Shown: positions 23,468 through 32,000 of the stretch, piece after piece
Layout of the letters: each line of letters starts with the position of its first letter
How positions within the stretch are numbered: position 1 is the first letter of the stretch
DNA from: Alkalilimnicola ehrlichii MLHE-1
GTDB lineage: Bacteria; Pseudomonadota; Gammaproteobacteria; Nitrococcales; Halorhodospiraceae
Length of the DNA: 32,000 nt
Direction of reading: 5' to 3'
Assembly: GCF_000014785.1 (NCBI RefSeq)
Contig: NC_008340.1
Coordinates: 3,120,001 to 3,152,000 of the forward strand
Position numbers and translations under genes: made by a program
Notes under the pieces: generated by a model
Database searches by the model: none
Seen by the model: the letters and a program-made list of their open reading frames with translations, nothing else
What the model was told of the DNA's origin: nothing

Positions 23468-24565
23468 GTGTCCGTACTCAAGAACGACAGACTGCTACGC
23501 GCCCTGCAGCGCCAGCCGGTGGACCGCACGCCCGTCTGGATGATGCGCCAGGCCGGTCGCTATCTGCCCGAATACCGCGAGCTGCGCGCCCAGGCCGGCA
23601 GCTTCATGAAACTGGCCGGCACCCCGGAGCTGGCCTGCGAGGTCACCTTGCAGCCACTGCGCCGTTTTCCGCTGGATGCGGCCATCCTGTTCTCGGACAT
23701 CCTCACCATCCCCGATGCCATGGGCCTGGGGTTGCGCTTCCTGCCGGGCGAAGGGCCGGTGTTTGATCACCCGGTACGCAGTGCCGCCGACATCGAACAC
23801 CTGCCGGTCCCCGACCCGGAGGATGAACTGCGCTACGTGACGGACGCCGTGCGCCTGATCCGCCGGGAGCTGGACGGCGAGGTCCCGCTGATCGGCTTTG
23901 CCGGCAGCCCCTGGACGCTGGCCACCTACATGATCGAGGGCGGCAGCTCCAAGGACTACCGCCGCTGCAAGGCCATGCTCTACGACGAGCCGGAACTGCT
24001 GCATCGGTTGCTGGACAAGGTGGCCCAGGCCACCACGGCCTATCTCAACGCCCAGATCGCCGCCGGCGCCCAGGCCATCATGATCTTCGACTCCTGGGGC
24101 GGAGCGCTGGCCCACGATGCCTACCGACTGTTCTCACTGGCCTATATGGAGCGCATCGTACGCAACCTCACCCGGGAGGCGGACGGCCGCCACGTGCCGG
24201 TGGTGCTGTTCACCAAGGGTGGTGGCCAGTGGCTGGAGGCCATGGCCGCCACCGGCTGCGACGGCCTCGGCCTGGACTGGACCACGAACCTGGGCCAGGC
24301 CCGAGACCGTGTCGGTGATCGTGTCGCCCTGCAAGGCAACCTGGACCCCTGCGTGCTCTACGCCTCACCCGAGACCATCCGCAACGAGGTGGCGCGGGTG
24401 TTGGCCGACTACGGCCCGGGTCCGGGCCATGTCTTCAACCTTGGCCACGGCATTCATCCGGCCATCCCGCCCGAGCATGCCGGCGCCATGATCGACGCCG
24501 TCCACCAACTCAGTCCGCGATACCATGAGCAGCAGGCGGAGGCGAGCAGCCTCACCCAGGGCTAG
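23468..24565 (+). CDS. hemE: Uroporphyrinogen decarboxylase
   Basis: [34 protein letters not shown] is the HemE signature. GTG 23468 is preferred (GGGAG 7 nt upstream, N-terminal length matches typical HemE) over ATG 23429. Confidence 0.95.
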   Translation: MSVLKNDRLLRALQRQPVDRTPVWMMRQAGRYLPEYRELRAQAGSFMKLAGTPELACEVTLQPLRRFPLDAAILFSDILTIPDAMGLGLRFLPGEGPVFDHPVRSAADIEHLPVPDPEDELRYVTDAVRLIRRELDGEVPLIGFAGSPWTLATYMIEGGSSKDYRRCKAMLYDEPELLHRLLDKVAQATTAYLNAQIAAGAQAIMIFDSWGGALAHDAYRLFSLAYMERIVRNLTREADGRHVPVVLFTKGGGQWLEAMAATGCDGLGLDWTTNLGQARDRVGDRVALQGNLDPCVLYASPETIRNEVARVLADYGPGPGHVFNLGHGIHPAIPPEHAGAMIDAVHQLSPRYHEQQAEASSLTQG

Positions 24566-25031
24566 GAAACCCCGGATACGCACCCTCTCCGCCGGCGTGA
24601 TCGTGCTTCGCCGCCAGCACGACGGCTGGCGGGTGCTCATGCTGCGCGCGTGGCAGTACTGGGACTTCCCCAAGGGCAAGGTGGAGCCCGGCGAGACCCC
24701 CTTCGAGGGCGCCCTGCGCGAGGTGGAGGAAGAGACCGGAATCACCTCCCTCGAGTTCGCCTGGGGCCTGGGCTTCACCGAGACCGGCCCCTACGCCCGC
24801 GGCAAGGTGGCCCGCTATTACATCGCGCGGACCGAGACCCGCCAGGTGAAGCTGGGCATCAACCCCGATCTCGGCCGACCGGAGCACCATGAGTTCCGCT
24901 GGCTACCCTTGAACAAGGCCCGCGCCCTGGCCGCTCCCCGTGTCTGCCGGGTCCTCGATTGGGCGGAAAAGGTCCTGGAGCACGGCCACACCCCCCCGGT
25001 GGAGGACACCGACGCCGAACGCCGGCGGTGA
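24525..25031 (+). CDS. NUDIX hydrolase, NUDT2/Ap4A-hydrolase-like
   Basis: The Nudix box [23 protein letters not shown] is preceded by WDFPKG, as in asymmetric Ap4A hydrolases. The only ATG start (24525) overlaps the hemE 3' end by 41 nt. Confidence 0.85.
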   Translation: MSSRRRRAASPRARKPRIRTLSAGVIVLRRQHDGWRVLMLRAWQYWDFPKGKVEPGETPFEGALREVEEETGITSLEFAWGLGFTETGPYARGKVARYYIARTETRQVKLGINPDLGRPEHHEFRWLPLNKARALAAPRVCRVLDWAEKVLEHGHTPPVEDTDAERRR

Positions 25032-25087
25032 TCCCCGGTCCAACGCTCCGGCACCATCGGATTCCACCCGGGCAGCGAGGAGGTTGC

Positions 25088-25564
25088 ATGCTGGACGCCA
25101 TCAAACGCTATTTCAGCGGCCACATCGCCCAGGCCGCCGAGGCCGAGAGCCCAGACGAGCACGCCGTGCACCTGGCGGCCGCGGCGCTGTTACTGGAGAT
25201 GGCACGCATGGATGGGAGCCTGCACAGCGGCCAACGGCAGGCCGCAGAGGCGGCCGTGCGCGAGAAGCTGGGCCTCAGTGACCAGGAGACCCAGGAGCTG
25301 ATGCGCCTGGCCGAGGCGGAGCTGAACGACGCCATGGACTACTTCCAGTTCACCTCACTGATCAAAGACCACTTTGACTACGGCCAGCGGGCGCGGCTGA
25401 TTGAATACCTCTGGACGGTGGCGCTCGCCGACGAGCGGCTGCACCATCACGAGGAGTACCTGGTCCGGAGGATCGCCGAGTTGATCTACGTCCGCCACGC
25501 CGACTTCATCAACGCCCGGCTGCGCGCTGAACGCCAGCAGGACGCCACCCCGGGCGGGCCCTGA
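25088..25564 (+). CDS. TerB-family (tellurite-resistance TerB-like) protein
   Basis: ATG 25088 is preceded by GAGGAGG. The 158-aa protein (MLDAIKRYF...LIEYLWTVALADERLHHHEEYLVRRIAELIYV) matches my memory of the small TerB-domain proteins common in gammaproteobacteria. The ORF-track start at 24959 is rejected. Confidence 0.75.
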   Translation: MLDAIKRYFSGHIAQAAEAESPDEHAVHLAAAALLLEMARMDGSLHSGQRQAAEAAVREKLGLSDQETQELMRLAEAELNDAMDYFQFTSLIKDHFDYGQRARLIEYLWTVALADERLHHHEEYLVRRIAELIYVRHADFINARLRAERQQDATPGGP

Positions 25565-25568
25565 GCCC

Positions 25569-26138
25569 TCAGCGCTCCAGTACCCCGTTATCCGGCCAGA
25601 CCAGGCGCATCTGGCGGACGATCTCCGCCTCCGCCACCTCCGGAAAGGCCTCGGCAAAGATCTCACACAGCGTCCGCCGGGCAGGCTCGTCCAGCTTCGG
25701 GCATTTGCGCCGCACCACCAGACAGGCGTTGACCACCGCATCACGCCAGCGCTGCTCAGCCACCGGCATCCCCTGCGGGAAGTCCGCCAGGAACAACCGC
25801 TGCTCGATGCGCTCCGCCTCCAACTCCCGCCCCAGCAGGTCCCGCCGCAACGCCTCGGCGGACTCCTCCAGCCCGCGGGGTGGATGCTTTTTCAGGTGCC
25901 GCCGCAGGGCCCGCAGCGGCTCAATCACCTCCCGGTCCCACTCCTGGGCCCGGCGGATGGCGGCCTCCATCTCGGTGGCGCCGAGCCGCCCCCAGCCCTC
26001 GCGGCCGAACCACAGCGCCGCCAGCAGCAGGCTGACCGAGAGCCCGTAGCGGGCCTGCAGGCGCAGGCAGGCCGGCTCCACCCCGGGCAGGCGGTAGAAG
26101 CGCACGGAGAAATCCCAAAGATCATCAGCTTGGCTCAT
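25569..26138 (-). CDS. Conserved hypothetical protein, DUF2390 / TIGR02444-like
   Basis: ATG 26138 is preceded by AGGGAG with 5-nt spacing. The N-terminus LWDFSVRFYRLPGVEPACLRLQARYGLSVSLLLAALW resembles the conserved start of TIGR02444-family proteins as I remember it. The family assignment is tentative. Confidence 0.5.
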   Translation of the reverse strand: MSQADDLWDFSVRFYRLPGVEPACLRLQARYGLSVSLLLAALWFGREGWGRLGATEMEAAIRRAQEWDREVIEPLRALRRHLKKHPPRGLEESAEALRRDLLGRELEAERIEQRLFLADFPQGMPVAEQRWRDAVVNACLVVRRKCPKLDEPARRTLCEIFAEAFPEVAEAEIVRQMRLVWPDNGVLER

Positions 26139-26240
26139 CGCGGCTCCCTTGGCTGAGGCCATAACGGGTTAGGGGCATTGGCAGGCGGCCTGCGCGGTCG
26201 ACGCCGGCATCGAGCGCTATTGTCCCGGGCTTGCGCCCAT

Positions 26241-26273
26241 AAGAAAAGGGCCGCCCCCGAAGGAGACGACCCT
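26241..26273 (-). terminator. Rho-independent terminator after pntB (minus strand)
   Basis: The minus-strand RNA reads GGGUCGUCUCC-UUCG-GGGGCGGCCC-UUUUCUU. It forms an approximately 10-bp stem with G-U pairs and one bulge, and a UUCG loop. The stem is poorer on the plus strand. Confidence 0.6.
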
Positions 26274-26304
26274 TGCGTGTACGCCCATGGTAAGGGCGTA
26301 ATGC

Positions 26305-27783
26305 TTACATGGTCTTGACGGTCTGGATCATGCCGTTGACCACCTTCTGCGCGTCGCCGAAGACCATCCGGGTCTTCTCGTCGAAGAACAGATGGTTCTC
26401 GACGCCGGAGAAGCCGGCACCACGGCCACGCTTGACCACCAGGACGTTGTCGGCCTCGTCCACGTCCAGGATCGGCATGCCGTAGATCGGGCTGCTCTCG
26501 TCGGTCTTGGCGGCGGGGTTGACCACGTCGTTGGCGCCGATGATCAGCACCACATCGGTGCTGGCGAACTCGGCGTTGATCTCCTCCATGTCGAAGATCT
26601 TGTCGTAGGGCACCCCGGCCTCGGCCAGCAGGACGTTCATGTGGCCCGGCATACGGCCGGCCACCGGGTGGATGGCGAACTTCACCTCCACGCCCTGCTC
26701 TTCCAGCAACTCGACCATCTCCCAGACCTTGTGCTGGGCCTGGGCCACCGCCATGCCGTAGCCAGGCACGATGATGACCTTCTCGGCGAAGCCCATCATG
26801 TAGGCGGCGTCGTCCGGACCCACCTCCTTCATCTCGCCCTCGGGGCCTTCACCGCCGGCATCCGGCGACGCACCGAAGCCGCTGAACAGCACGTTAGTGA
26901 TCGGGCGGTTCATGGCCTTGGCCATCAGGTGGGTCAGCAACATACCGGCGGCCCCCACCACGATACCGGCGATGATCAGGGCCGGGTTGCCCAGCACATA
27001 GCCCTTGAAGCCGACCGCGAGACCGGTGAGGGCGTTGAGCAGGGAGATGACCACGGGCATGTCGGCACCACCGATGGGCGTGGTGACGAATATGCCCACC
27101 AGGAAGGCGGCCACGAAGAACAGGAAGATCGGCCAGCCGGTGCCGGCGAAGAACACCCAGATGCCCAGTAGTACGGTGGCGATGGCCAGGGCGATATTGA
27201 CCCACTGGTGGCCGCTGACCAGCTTGTTACGCTTCATGCGGCCATCGAGCTTGGCCCAAGCAATCACCGAGCCGGAGAAGGCCACGGTACCGATGACCGC
27301 ACCCAACAGCGCCAGGATGGCCACATCAATGCCCATCCAGGCACCGATGCTGCCGGCGTCCACCAGCCGCAGCGCCGCGTCCATGGGCAGATTGTGGCTG
27401 GCCGCGACTGCCGCGGCCTCATCCTGCGCCACGGTGTGCAGCTCCCGCTGGGCCTTGGCCAGGGAGACCGCCGCGATCAGGCCGGCGGAGCCGCCGCCCA
27501 AACCGTTGTAGATGGCCACCATCTGCGGCATGTCCGTCATCGCCACCTTCTTGGCGGTGACGTAGGCGAAGGCGCCGCCGATGGCGATAGCCAACAGGAT
27601 GAGCACGTAGTTGGTGGTGCCCACGATGACCGGCTCGAAGAAGGTGGCCACGGTGGCGATCACCATGCCCACGCCGGCCCAAATGATGCCCTTGCGGGCG
27701 GTCAGCGGCGAGGCCATGGCCTTCAGGCCAAGGATGAAGAGCAACGCCGCTGCAAAATAACTGAACTGGATCACGAGAGTCAT
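26305..27783 (-). CDS. pntB: NAD(P) transhydrogenase subunit beta
   Basis: A multi-TM N-terminal part and a C-terminal NADP(H) domain (PGYGMAVAQAQH, HPVAGRMPGHMNVLLAEA, GANDVVNPAA). The start abuts the pntAB stop. Confidence 0.95.
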   Translation of the reverse strand: MTLVIQFSYFAAALLFILGLKAMASPLTARKGIIWAGVGMVIATVATFFEPVIVGTTNYVLILLAIAIGGAFAYVTAKKVAMTDMPQMVAIYNGLGGGSAGLIAAVSLAKAQRELHTVAQDEAAAVAASHNLPMDAALRLVDAGSIGAWMGIDVAILALLGAVIGTVAFSGSVIAWAKLDGRMKRNKLVSGHQWVNIALAIATVLLGIWVFFAGTGWPIFLFFVAAFLVGIFVTTPIGGADMPVVISLLNALTGLAVGFKGYVLGNPALIIAGIVVGAAGMLLTHLMAKAMNRPITNVLFSGFGASPDAGGEGPEGEMKEVGPDDAAYMMGFAEKVIIVPGYGMAVAQAQHKVWEMVELLEEQGVEVKFAIHPVAGRMPGHMNVLLAEAGVPYDKIFDMEEINAEFASTDVVLIIGANDVVNPAAKTDESSPIYGMPILDVDEADNVLVVKRGRGAGFSGVENHLFFDEKTRMVFGDAQKVVNGMIQTVKTM

Positions 27784-28098
27784 TTACTTGGCTCCCTGCT
27801 TCTTGTCCTTGTCGCTGGTTTTGAACATCTCCAGCATGCGTTCGGTCACCACGTAACCGCCGACGGCGTTACCGGCGCCCAGTAGGACGGCCAGAAAGCC
27901 CAGGGCCTGCTCCAGCGGCGTCTGGGCCATACCCAGGGCCGCCATGGCACCCACCACAACGATGCCGTGCACGAAGTTCGAACCCGACATCAACGGGGTG
28001 TGGAGGATGACCGGCACCCGGCTGATGACCTCGTAACCGGCCACCGCCGAGAGCATGAAGACGTAGATGGCGATGACGCCCGTCATACCTTCGATCAT
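27784..28098 (-). CDS. pntA: NAD(P) transhydrogenase subunit alpha, part 2 (membrane segment)
   Basis: A 104-aa hydrophobic protein with three predicted helices, between pntAA and pntB. This is the split-alpha arrangement known from Rhodospirillum-type transhydrogenases. Confidence 0.9.
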   Translation of the reverse strand: MIEGMTGVIAIYVFMLSAVAGYEVISRVPVILHTPLMSGSNFVHGIVVVGAMAALGMAQTPLEQALGFLAVLLGAGNAVGGYVVTERMLEMFKTSDKDKKQGAK

Positions 28099-29228
28099 GA
28101 CTTCTCTCCTTCCAGACGCTCACGGGTGGGGCCGTGCTTGACCTCACCGCCGTGGGTCAGGCAGCTGTCGGCAATGACCTGGTCGTCCCAGTTCAGGTGC
28201 AGCTCCCCGTCCTTGATCAGCAGGGTCAGCAGGTTGTAGAGGTTGCGCGAGTACATCTCGCTGGCGTGGATGGCCACCGAGCTGGGCACGTTCTTGGGGC
28301 CAACGATGAGCACCCCGTTGTGGTCCACGTCCTTGCCGGCCTGGGTGAGTTCGCAATTGCCCCCGGTCTCGGCCGCCAGGTCGACGATGACCGCACCGCG
28401 CCCCATACGCTCCACCGTGGCCTTGTCGATGATCTTGGGCGCCGGACGGCCCGGAATGGCCGCGGTGGTAATCACCGCGTGGGACGCCGCGATATAGTCG
28501 GCGAGCACCTCGGCCTGCTTTTTCTTTTCCTCGGCGGTGAGTTCACGGGCGTAACCGCCCTCACCCTCGGCCTTGACGCCGGTGTCGACAAACTTAGCGC
28601 CCAGCGATTCCACCTGCTCAGCGGTGGCCGAGCGCACATCGTAGGCGTTGACCTGGGCCCCGAGCCGGCGGGCGGTGGCGATGGCCTGCAGCCCCGCCAC
28701 CCCGGCGCCGATCACCAGCACCTTGGAGGGGCGGATGGTGCCCGCCGCCGTGGTCAGCATGGGGAAGAAGCGCGGGCTGCGCTCAGCCGCGATCAGCACC
28801 GCCTTGTAGCCGGAGATGGCCCCCTGCGAGGAGAGCGCGTCGATGGACTGAGCGCGGGAGATGCGGGGCACCAGCTCCATGGACAGGCTGGTAATCTTGC
28901 GCTTGCACAGCTCCTTGATGCGGCTGTCGCCCTCGTGCGGCGTCATGTAGCCCATCACGACGGTGCCCTCGCGCATCATGCCCACCTCCTTCTCGGTGGG
29001 CGGCTGCACCTTCAGGACCACATCGGCCTGGCCCAGCAGCTCCTCCTCGGAGTCCACCAGGGTGACGCCTTTGTAGTCCGCATCGTCAAAGCCGCTCTCG
29101 AGACCAGCTCCCTTCTGCATGAGGAGCTCTACCCCAAGTTTCTCGAACTGCCGTAGTGCCGCCGGGGCGAGTGCCACGCGCCGCTCACCCGGGCGGGTCT
29201 CCCTTGGCACGGCTACTTTTACTGCCAT
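28095..29228 (-). CDS. pntA: NAD(P) transhydrogenase subunit alpha, part 1 (alanine-dehydrogenase-like dI domain)
   Basis: N-terminus MAVKVAVPRETRPGERRVALAP and Rossmann motif VLVIGAGVAGLQAIATARRLGA. A 4-nt overlap with the next gene. Confidence 0.95.
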   Translation of the reverse strand: MAVKVAVPRETRPGERRVALAPAALRQFEKLGVELLMQKGAGLESGFDDADYKGVTLVDSEEELLGQADVVLKVQPPTEKEVGMMREGTVVMGYMTPHEGDSRIKELCKRKITSLSMELVPRISRAQSIDALSSQGAISGYKAVLIAAERSPRFFPMLTTAAGTIRPSKVLVIGAGVAGLQAIATARRLGAQVNAYDVRSATAEQVESLGAKFVDTGVKAEGEGGYARELTAEEKKKQAEVLADYIAASHAVITTAAIPGRPAPKIIDKATVERMGRGAVIVDLAAETGGNCELTQAGKDVDHNGVLIVGPKNVPSSVAIHASEMYSRNLYNLLTLLIKDGELHLNWDDQVIADSCLTHGGEVKHGPTRERLEGEKS

Positions 29229-29668
29229 GGTTTATGCTCCCATTGGTTCCGCGCCACTGCGCGGTGTTCTGGTTCTAAGAGTTTGGTTTCCCCAACAATC
29301 TTTGTCGGACAGAACCGGAGATTTCAACTCTTGCCAGCGATGCCTGCCACTGCAATGTGGCATGCGGAACCGACGAATGCTAGCGGAAAGGCAACGCCAT
29401 GTGAACCTTGGCCGCTGTCGCCGTCCGCGACACATCGTCACAACCTGGGCGATCCGCGGGCCCATACCCAGCATAGCCGGTGACCCGGGTGAGCCCCGCT
29501 GGCAACCCCCTGCCGATCCCGCCCCATCCGGATTCATCGGCCTGAAACACCGAGCCGGCAGAATCCCGGCAGGCGTCGTCCGGGGGCGAAAATCTTGAAC
29601 CCGATCGTGATTTCTGCAATAAAGGGGCCAGGATGCGACGCTCAAGCCTGTAACCCGAGGGGGCTGGC

Positions 29669-30268
29669 GTGAACTTACTGGCGCACCGCATACTGCGCAC
29701 CGATGTATCCGGCATGCCGCTGGAGTGGATCGACTACCAGGAGGCCGCGAGGCTTTACTACCTGGAACAGGTGGTGTATTCGGTCGGGCGCAGGCTGTAT
29801 CGGATCTGGGGCGGTTTCAATGCCCGAAGCGGGCTGAGGAGCCACCTGGACCTGCACAGTATTGTCGCCACGGAAGGCACTCGGCAGGCTCACTTCAAAG
29901 GACGCCCCGGCTACATCCCCCCCCTCAACAACCAGACCCTCTTCCGCCGCGACGACCACTTCTGCCTCTACTGCGGCGACCGCTTCCCCGACAGCCTGCT
30001 CTCGCGCGATCACGTCACCCCGGTGGCCCAGGGCGGCGCGGACCACTGGAACAACCTGGTGACGGCCTGCAAACGCTGCAACAACCACAAGGGGGCCCGG
30101 ACGCCGGAAGAGGCCGGGATGGAGCTGTTGGCGGTGCCGTTCACACCCACCCACGCCGAGTATGTCTATCTGCAGGGCCGGCGCATCCTAGCCGACCAGA
30201 TGGAGTTCCTGCGGGCCCATTTTCCCCGCTCCAGCCCGTTGCGCGAGCGCTGGAGCCGCTACACCTGA
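29669..30268 (+). CDS. HNH endonuclease with an uncharacterised ~95-aa N-terminal domain
   Basis: GTG 29669 is preceded by GAGGGGG with 5-nt spacing. The HNH core is CLYCGDRF...SRDHVTPVAQGGADHWNNLVTACKRCNNHKG (CxxC...H-N-N...CxxC). Confidence 0.85.
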   Translation: MNLLAHRILRTDVSGMPLEWIDYQEAARLYYLEQVVYSVGRRLYRIWGGFNARSGLRSHLDLHSIVATEGTRQAHFKGRPGYIPPLNNQTLFRRDDHFCLYCGDRFPDSLLSRDHVTPVAQGGADHWNNLVTACKRCNNHKGARTPEEAGMELLAVPFTPTHAEYVYLQGRRILADQMEFLRAHFPRSSPLRERWSRYT

Positions 30269-30275
30269 GCCGTTC

Positions 30276-30944
30276 TCAGCCGCTCGCCCGCATGCGCAGC
30301 GTCTCGTAGCCGTTGTCCTCCAGGCGGGCGCGGATACGATCCAGCCGCTCGCCGTCGTCGAAGGGCCCGACCTGGACCCGGTGACGCACCTGGCCGCCGT
30401 CAAGTTCCACCCGCTGGATCCGGGCCTCCACCCCCAGCAGCGCCAGGTTGGCGCGCATCCGCTCGGCATCCGACGCCCGCCGGAAGGACCCCGCCTGCAG
30501 CAGGTAACGGTAACCCGGCTCCACCTCCGTGGGCCGACGGCTGACCTCCGGGGCCTCACCCGGCACCTCGCGGGCACGATCGGCCTCGGCCCGGCCCGCA
30601 TCCGGGTGGTCCGCCTCCGGGACGGCCACCTCCTCCTCCGGCAGCAGGGTGTAGAACTCAAAGCGGGGCCGCTGCTGCGCCGGCTCTGGTTCCGGCTCAG
30701 CCACCGGGCCCCGGGGTTCACCGACCGCGCCGGTGTTATCAGGCTCACCGATGCTGATATTCAGCCGGCCGTCCTGATGCGCCTCCCAGGCCAGCACCAG
30801 CCCGGCACCCAGCACCACCCCCACCAGCAGCAACGCCCAACCGGGGGCGCCACCACCGCCAGCCGATCCGGTGGCCTTGCTACGGCGTCGCGGCGCCTGC
30901 GGCGTGGCCCCACGAGTCGACTTCTTGCGCGGCCGCTGTGCCAT
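30276..30944 (-). CDS. SPOR-domain cell-division protein (FtsN-like)
   Basis: A basic N-terminus is followed by one TM helix (WALLLVGVVLGAGLVLAW), a Pro/Glu-rich linker and a C-terminal SPOR domain (YLLQAGSFRRASDAERMRANLALLGVEARI...VQVGPF). The ATG at 30944 lies 2 nt after the argS stop. Confidence 0.8.
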   Translation of the reverse strand: MAQRPRKKSTRGATPQAPRRRSKATGSAGGGGAPGWALLLVGVVLGAGLVLAWEAHQDGRLNISIGEPDNTGAVGEPRGPVAEPEPEPAQQRPRFEFYTLLPEEEVAVPEADHPDAGRAEADRAREVPGEAPEVSRRPTEVEPGYRYLLQAGSFRRASDAERMRANLALLGVEARIQRVELDGGQVRHRVQVGPFDDGERLDRIRARLEDNGYETLRMRASG

Positions 30945-30946
30945 GG

Positions 30947-32000
30947 TCACATACGCTCCGGGGCCCTCACGCCCAACAACTCCAGCCCGTTCCGCAGCAC
31001 CTGGCGGGTCGCGGCCACTAGGCAAAGGCGGGCGTCCCGCAGGGCCGCGTCCTCGACGATAAACTGATGGGCGTTGTAGTAGGTGTGCAGGGCATTGGCC
31101 AGGTCACGCAGGTAGGCGGCCACCTGGTGCGGCTCATGGGCCTGAGCGGCGGACTCGATGACCTCGGGGTAGCGCCCCAGCTCGGTGACCAACGCCTGCT
31201 CGTGATCCTCGCCCAGCCGGTCGAGGGCGTCCAGCCCCCGTGCCCGATCCCAGACCAGGCCCTTCTCATCCAACTGACGGAAGACGCTGCAGATGCGCGC
31301 ATGGGCATACTGCAGATAGTAGACGGGATTGTCCGAGGACTCGGACTTGGCCAGCTCCAGGTCGAAATCCATGTGTTGCTCGGGCTTGCGCATCACATAG
31401 AAGAACCGGGCGGCATCGTCCCCCACCTCGGCGCGCAATTGGCGCAGGGTGACAAACTCACCGGAGCGGGTGGACATCTGCAACCGCTCCTGGCCCCGAT
31501 AGAGGATGGCGAACTGCACCAGCCGCACGGACAGGCGCTGCTCGTCCTCACCAAAGGCCGCCAGCGCGGCCCGCACCCGCGGCACGTAGCCGTGGTGATC
31601 GGCGCCCCAGACATCCACCAGCTGGTCAAAGCCGCGCTGCAGCTTGTCCAGGTGGTAGGCCACGTCAGAGGCGAAATAGGTGGTCTGGCCATTCTCCCGG
31701 CGCAGCACCCGGTCCTTGTCATCGCCGAAGGCACTGGAGCGGAACCACAGGGCGCCGTCCTGCTGATAGGTGTGCCCCGCCTCGGTGAGCCGGGCCAGGG
31801 CCCGCTCCACCTGCCCCGACTCGGTCAGCGAGCGCTCCGAGTACCAATTCTGGTAGGTAACGCCGAAGCCCTCGAGGTCATCGCGGATATCAGCCAGGAT
31901 ACCGTTCAGGCCCTGCTCGAAGACCTGACGGTAGCCGGCCTCACCCAGCAACGCCCGGGCACGGCGCACCAGGGCGTCGATGTGCTGCTCCCTGTCCCCG
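30947..32000 (-). CDS. argS: Arginine--tRNA ligase, C-terminal part (gene continues beyond the window)
   Basis: The frame stays open to the window edge; the GTG at 31969 in the ORF track is internal. Motifs: [25 protein letters not shown], the DALR anticodon-binding region [17 protein letters not shown], and the C-terminal ...APERM. Confidence 0.95.
   Translation of the reverse strand, partial: GDREQHIDALVRRARALLGEAGYRQVFEQGLNGILADIRDDLEGFGVTYQNWYSERSLTESGQVERALARLTEAGHTYQQDGALWFRSSAFGDDKDRVLRRENGQTTYFASDVAYHLDKLQRGFDQLVDVWGADHHGYVPRVRAALAAFGEDEQRLSVRLVQFAILYRGQERLQMSTRSGEFVTLRQLRAEVGDDAARFFYVMRKPEQHMDFDLELAKSESSDNPVYYLQYAHARICSVFRQLDEKGLVWDRARGLDALDRLGEDHEQALVTELGRYPEVIESAAQAHEPHQVAAYLRDLANALHTYYNAHQFIVEDAALRDARLCLVAATRQVLRNGLELLGVRAPERM

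Noticed and set aside
27330-27470. pntB is ~30 aa longer than E. coli PntB because of an extra segment (KAQRELHTVAQDEAAAVAASHNLPMDAALRLVDAG) between transmembrane helices.
   Set aside because: It lies in a loop region known to vary in length between lineages. Nothing suggests a separate function, so I treat it as ordinary lineage variation.
29345-29362. TGCCAC-TGCAAT-GTGGCA palindrome and nearby TGGCA strings, considered as a sigma54 promoter or operator for pntA.
   Set aside because: No correctly spaced -24/-12 pair exists on either strand. A 6-bp stem is too short to stand out on its own. It is kept only as part of the general description of the gap.

Overview
This is a high-GC (about mid-60s % by eye, not computed) gammaproteobacterial chromosome segment made almost entirely of conserved core genes.

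Gene order:
- uvrA 3' end (+)
- a two-gene amidoligase / GATase-like thiol-peptidase pair (-)
- rpmE2 (zinc-less L31) and gltA (+)
- a small conserved hypothetical gene coupled to mrcA/ponA (-)
- divergent pilMNOPQ (+), followed by an extra ~670-aa multi-Ig-like lipoprotein gene and a strong terminator
- aroK-aroB, then gltB-gltD
- a ~350-bp block of tandem and inverted repeats
- hemE, a NUDT2-like NUDIX hydrolase and a TerB-like protein (+)
- a DUF2390-like gene and pntB-pntAB-pntAA (-)
- a 440-bp lower-GC non-coding gap
- a solitary HNH endonuclease (+)
- a SPOR/FtsN-like gene and the argS 3' part (-)

The ponA<>pilMNOPQ-aroKB-gltBD-hemE and argS-SPOR arrangements match synteny I know from Pseudomonas and relatives. 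The very acidic predicted proteins hint at a halophilic Chromatiales/Ectothiorhodospiraceae-like host, which is inference only.

I recognised no rRNA, tRNA, CRISPR, transposase, integrase or phage genes, and I see no convincing novel multi-gene defence or mobile system.

The items most worth a second look are:
1. the Ig-repeat lipoprotein gene appended to the pilus operon;
2. the poorly characterised amidoligase/thiol-peptidase pair, whose peptidase carries a hydrophobic insertion;
3. the 28-bp tandem array facing an inverted related array between gltD and hemE;
4. two unusually structured or long non-coding regions (rpmE2-gltA and pntA-HNH).

All product calls come from reading the supplied translations against remembered family motifs. 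No searches were run.
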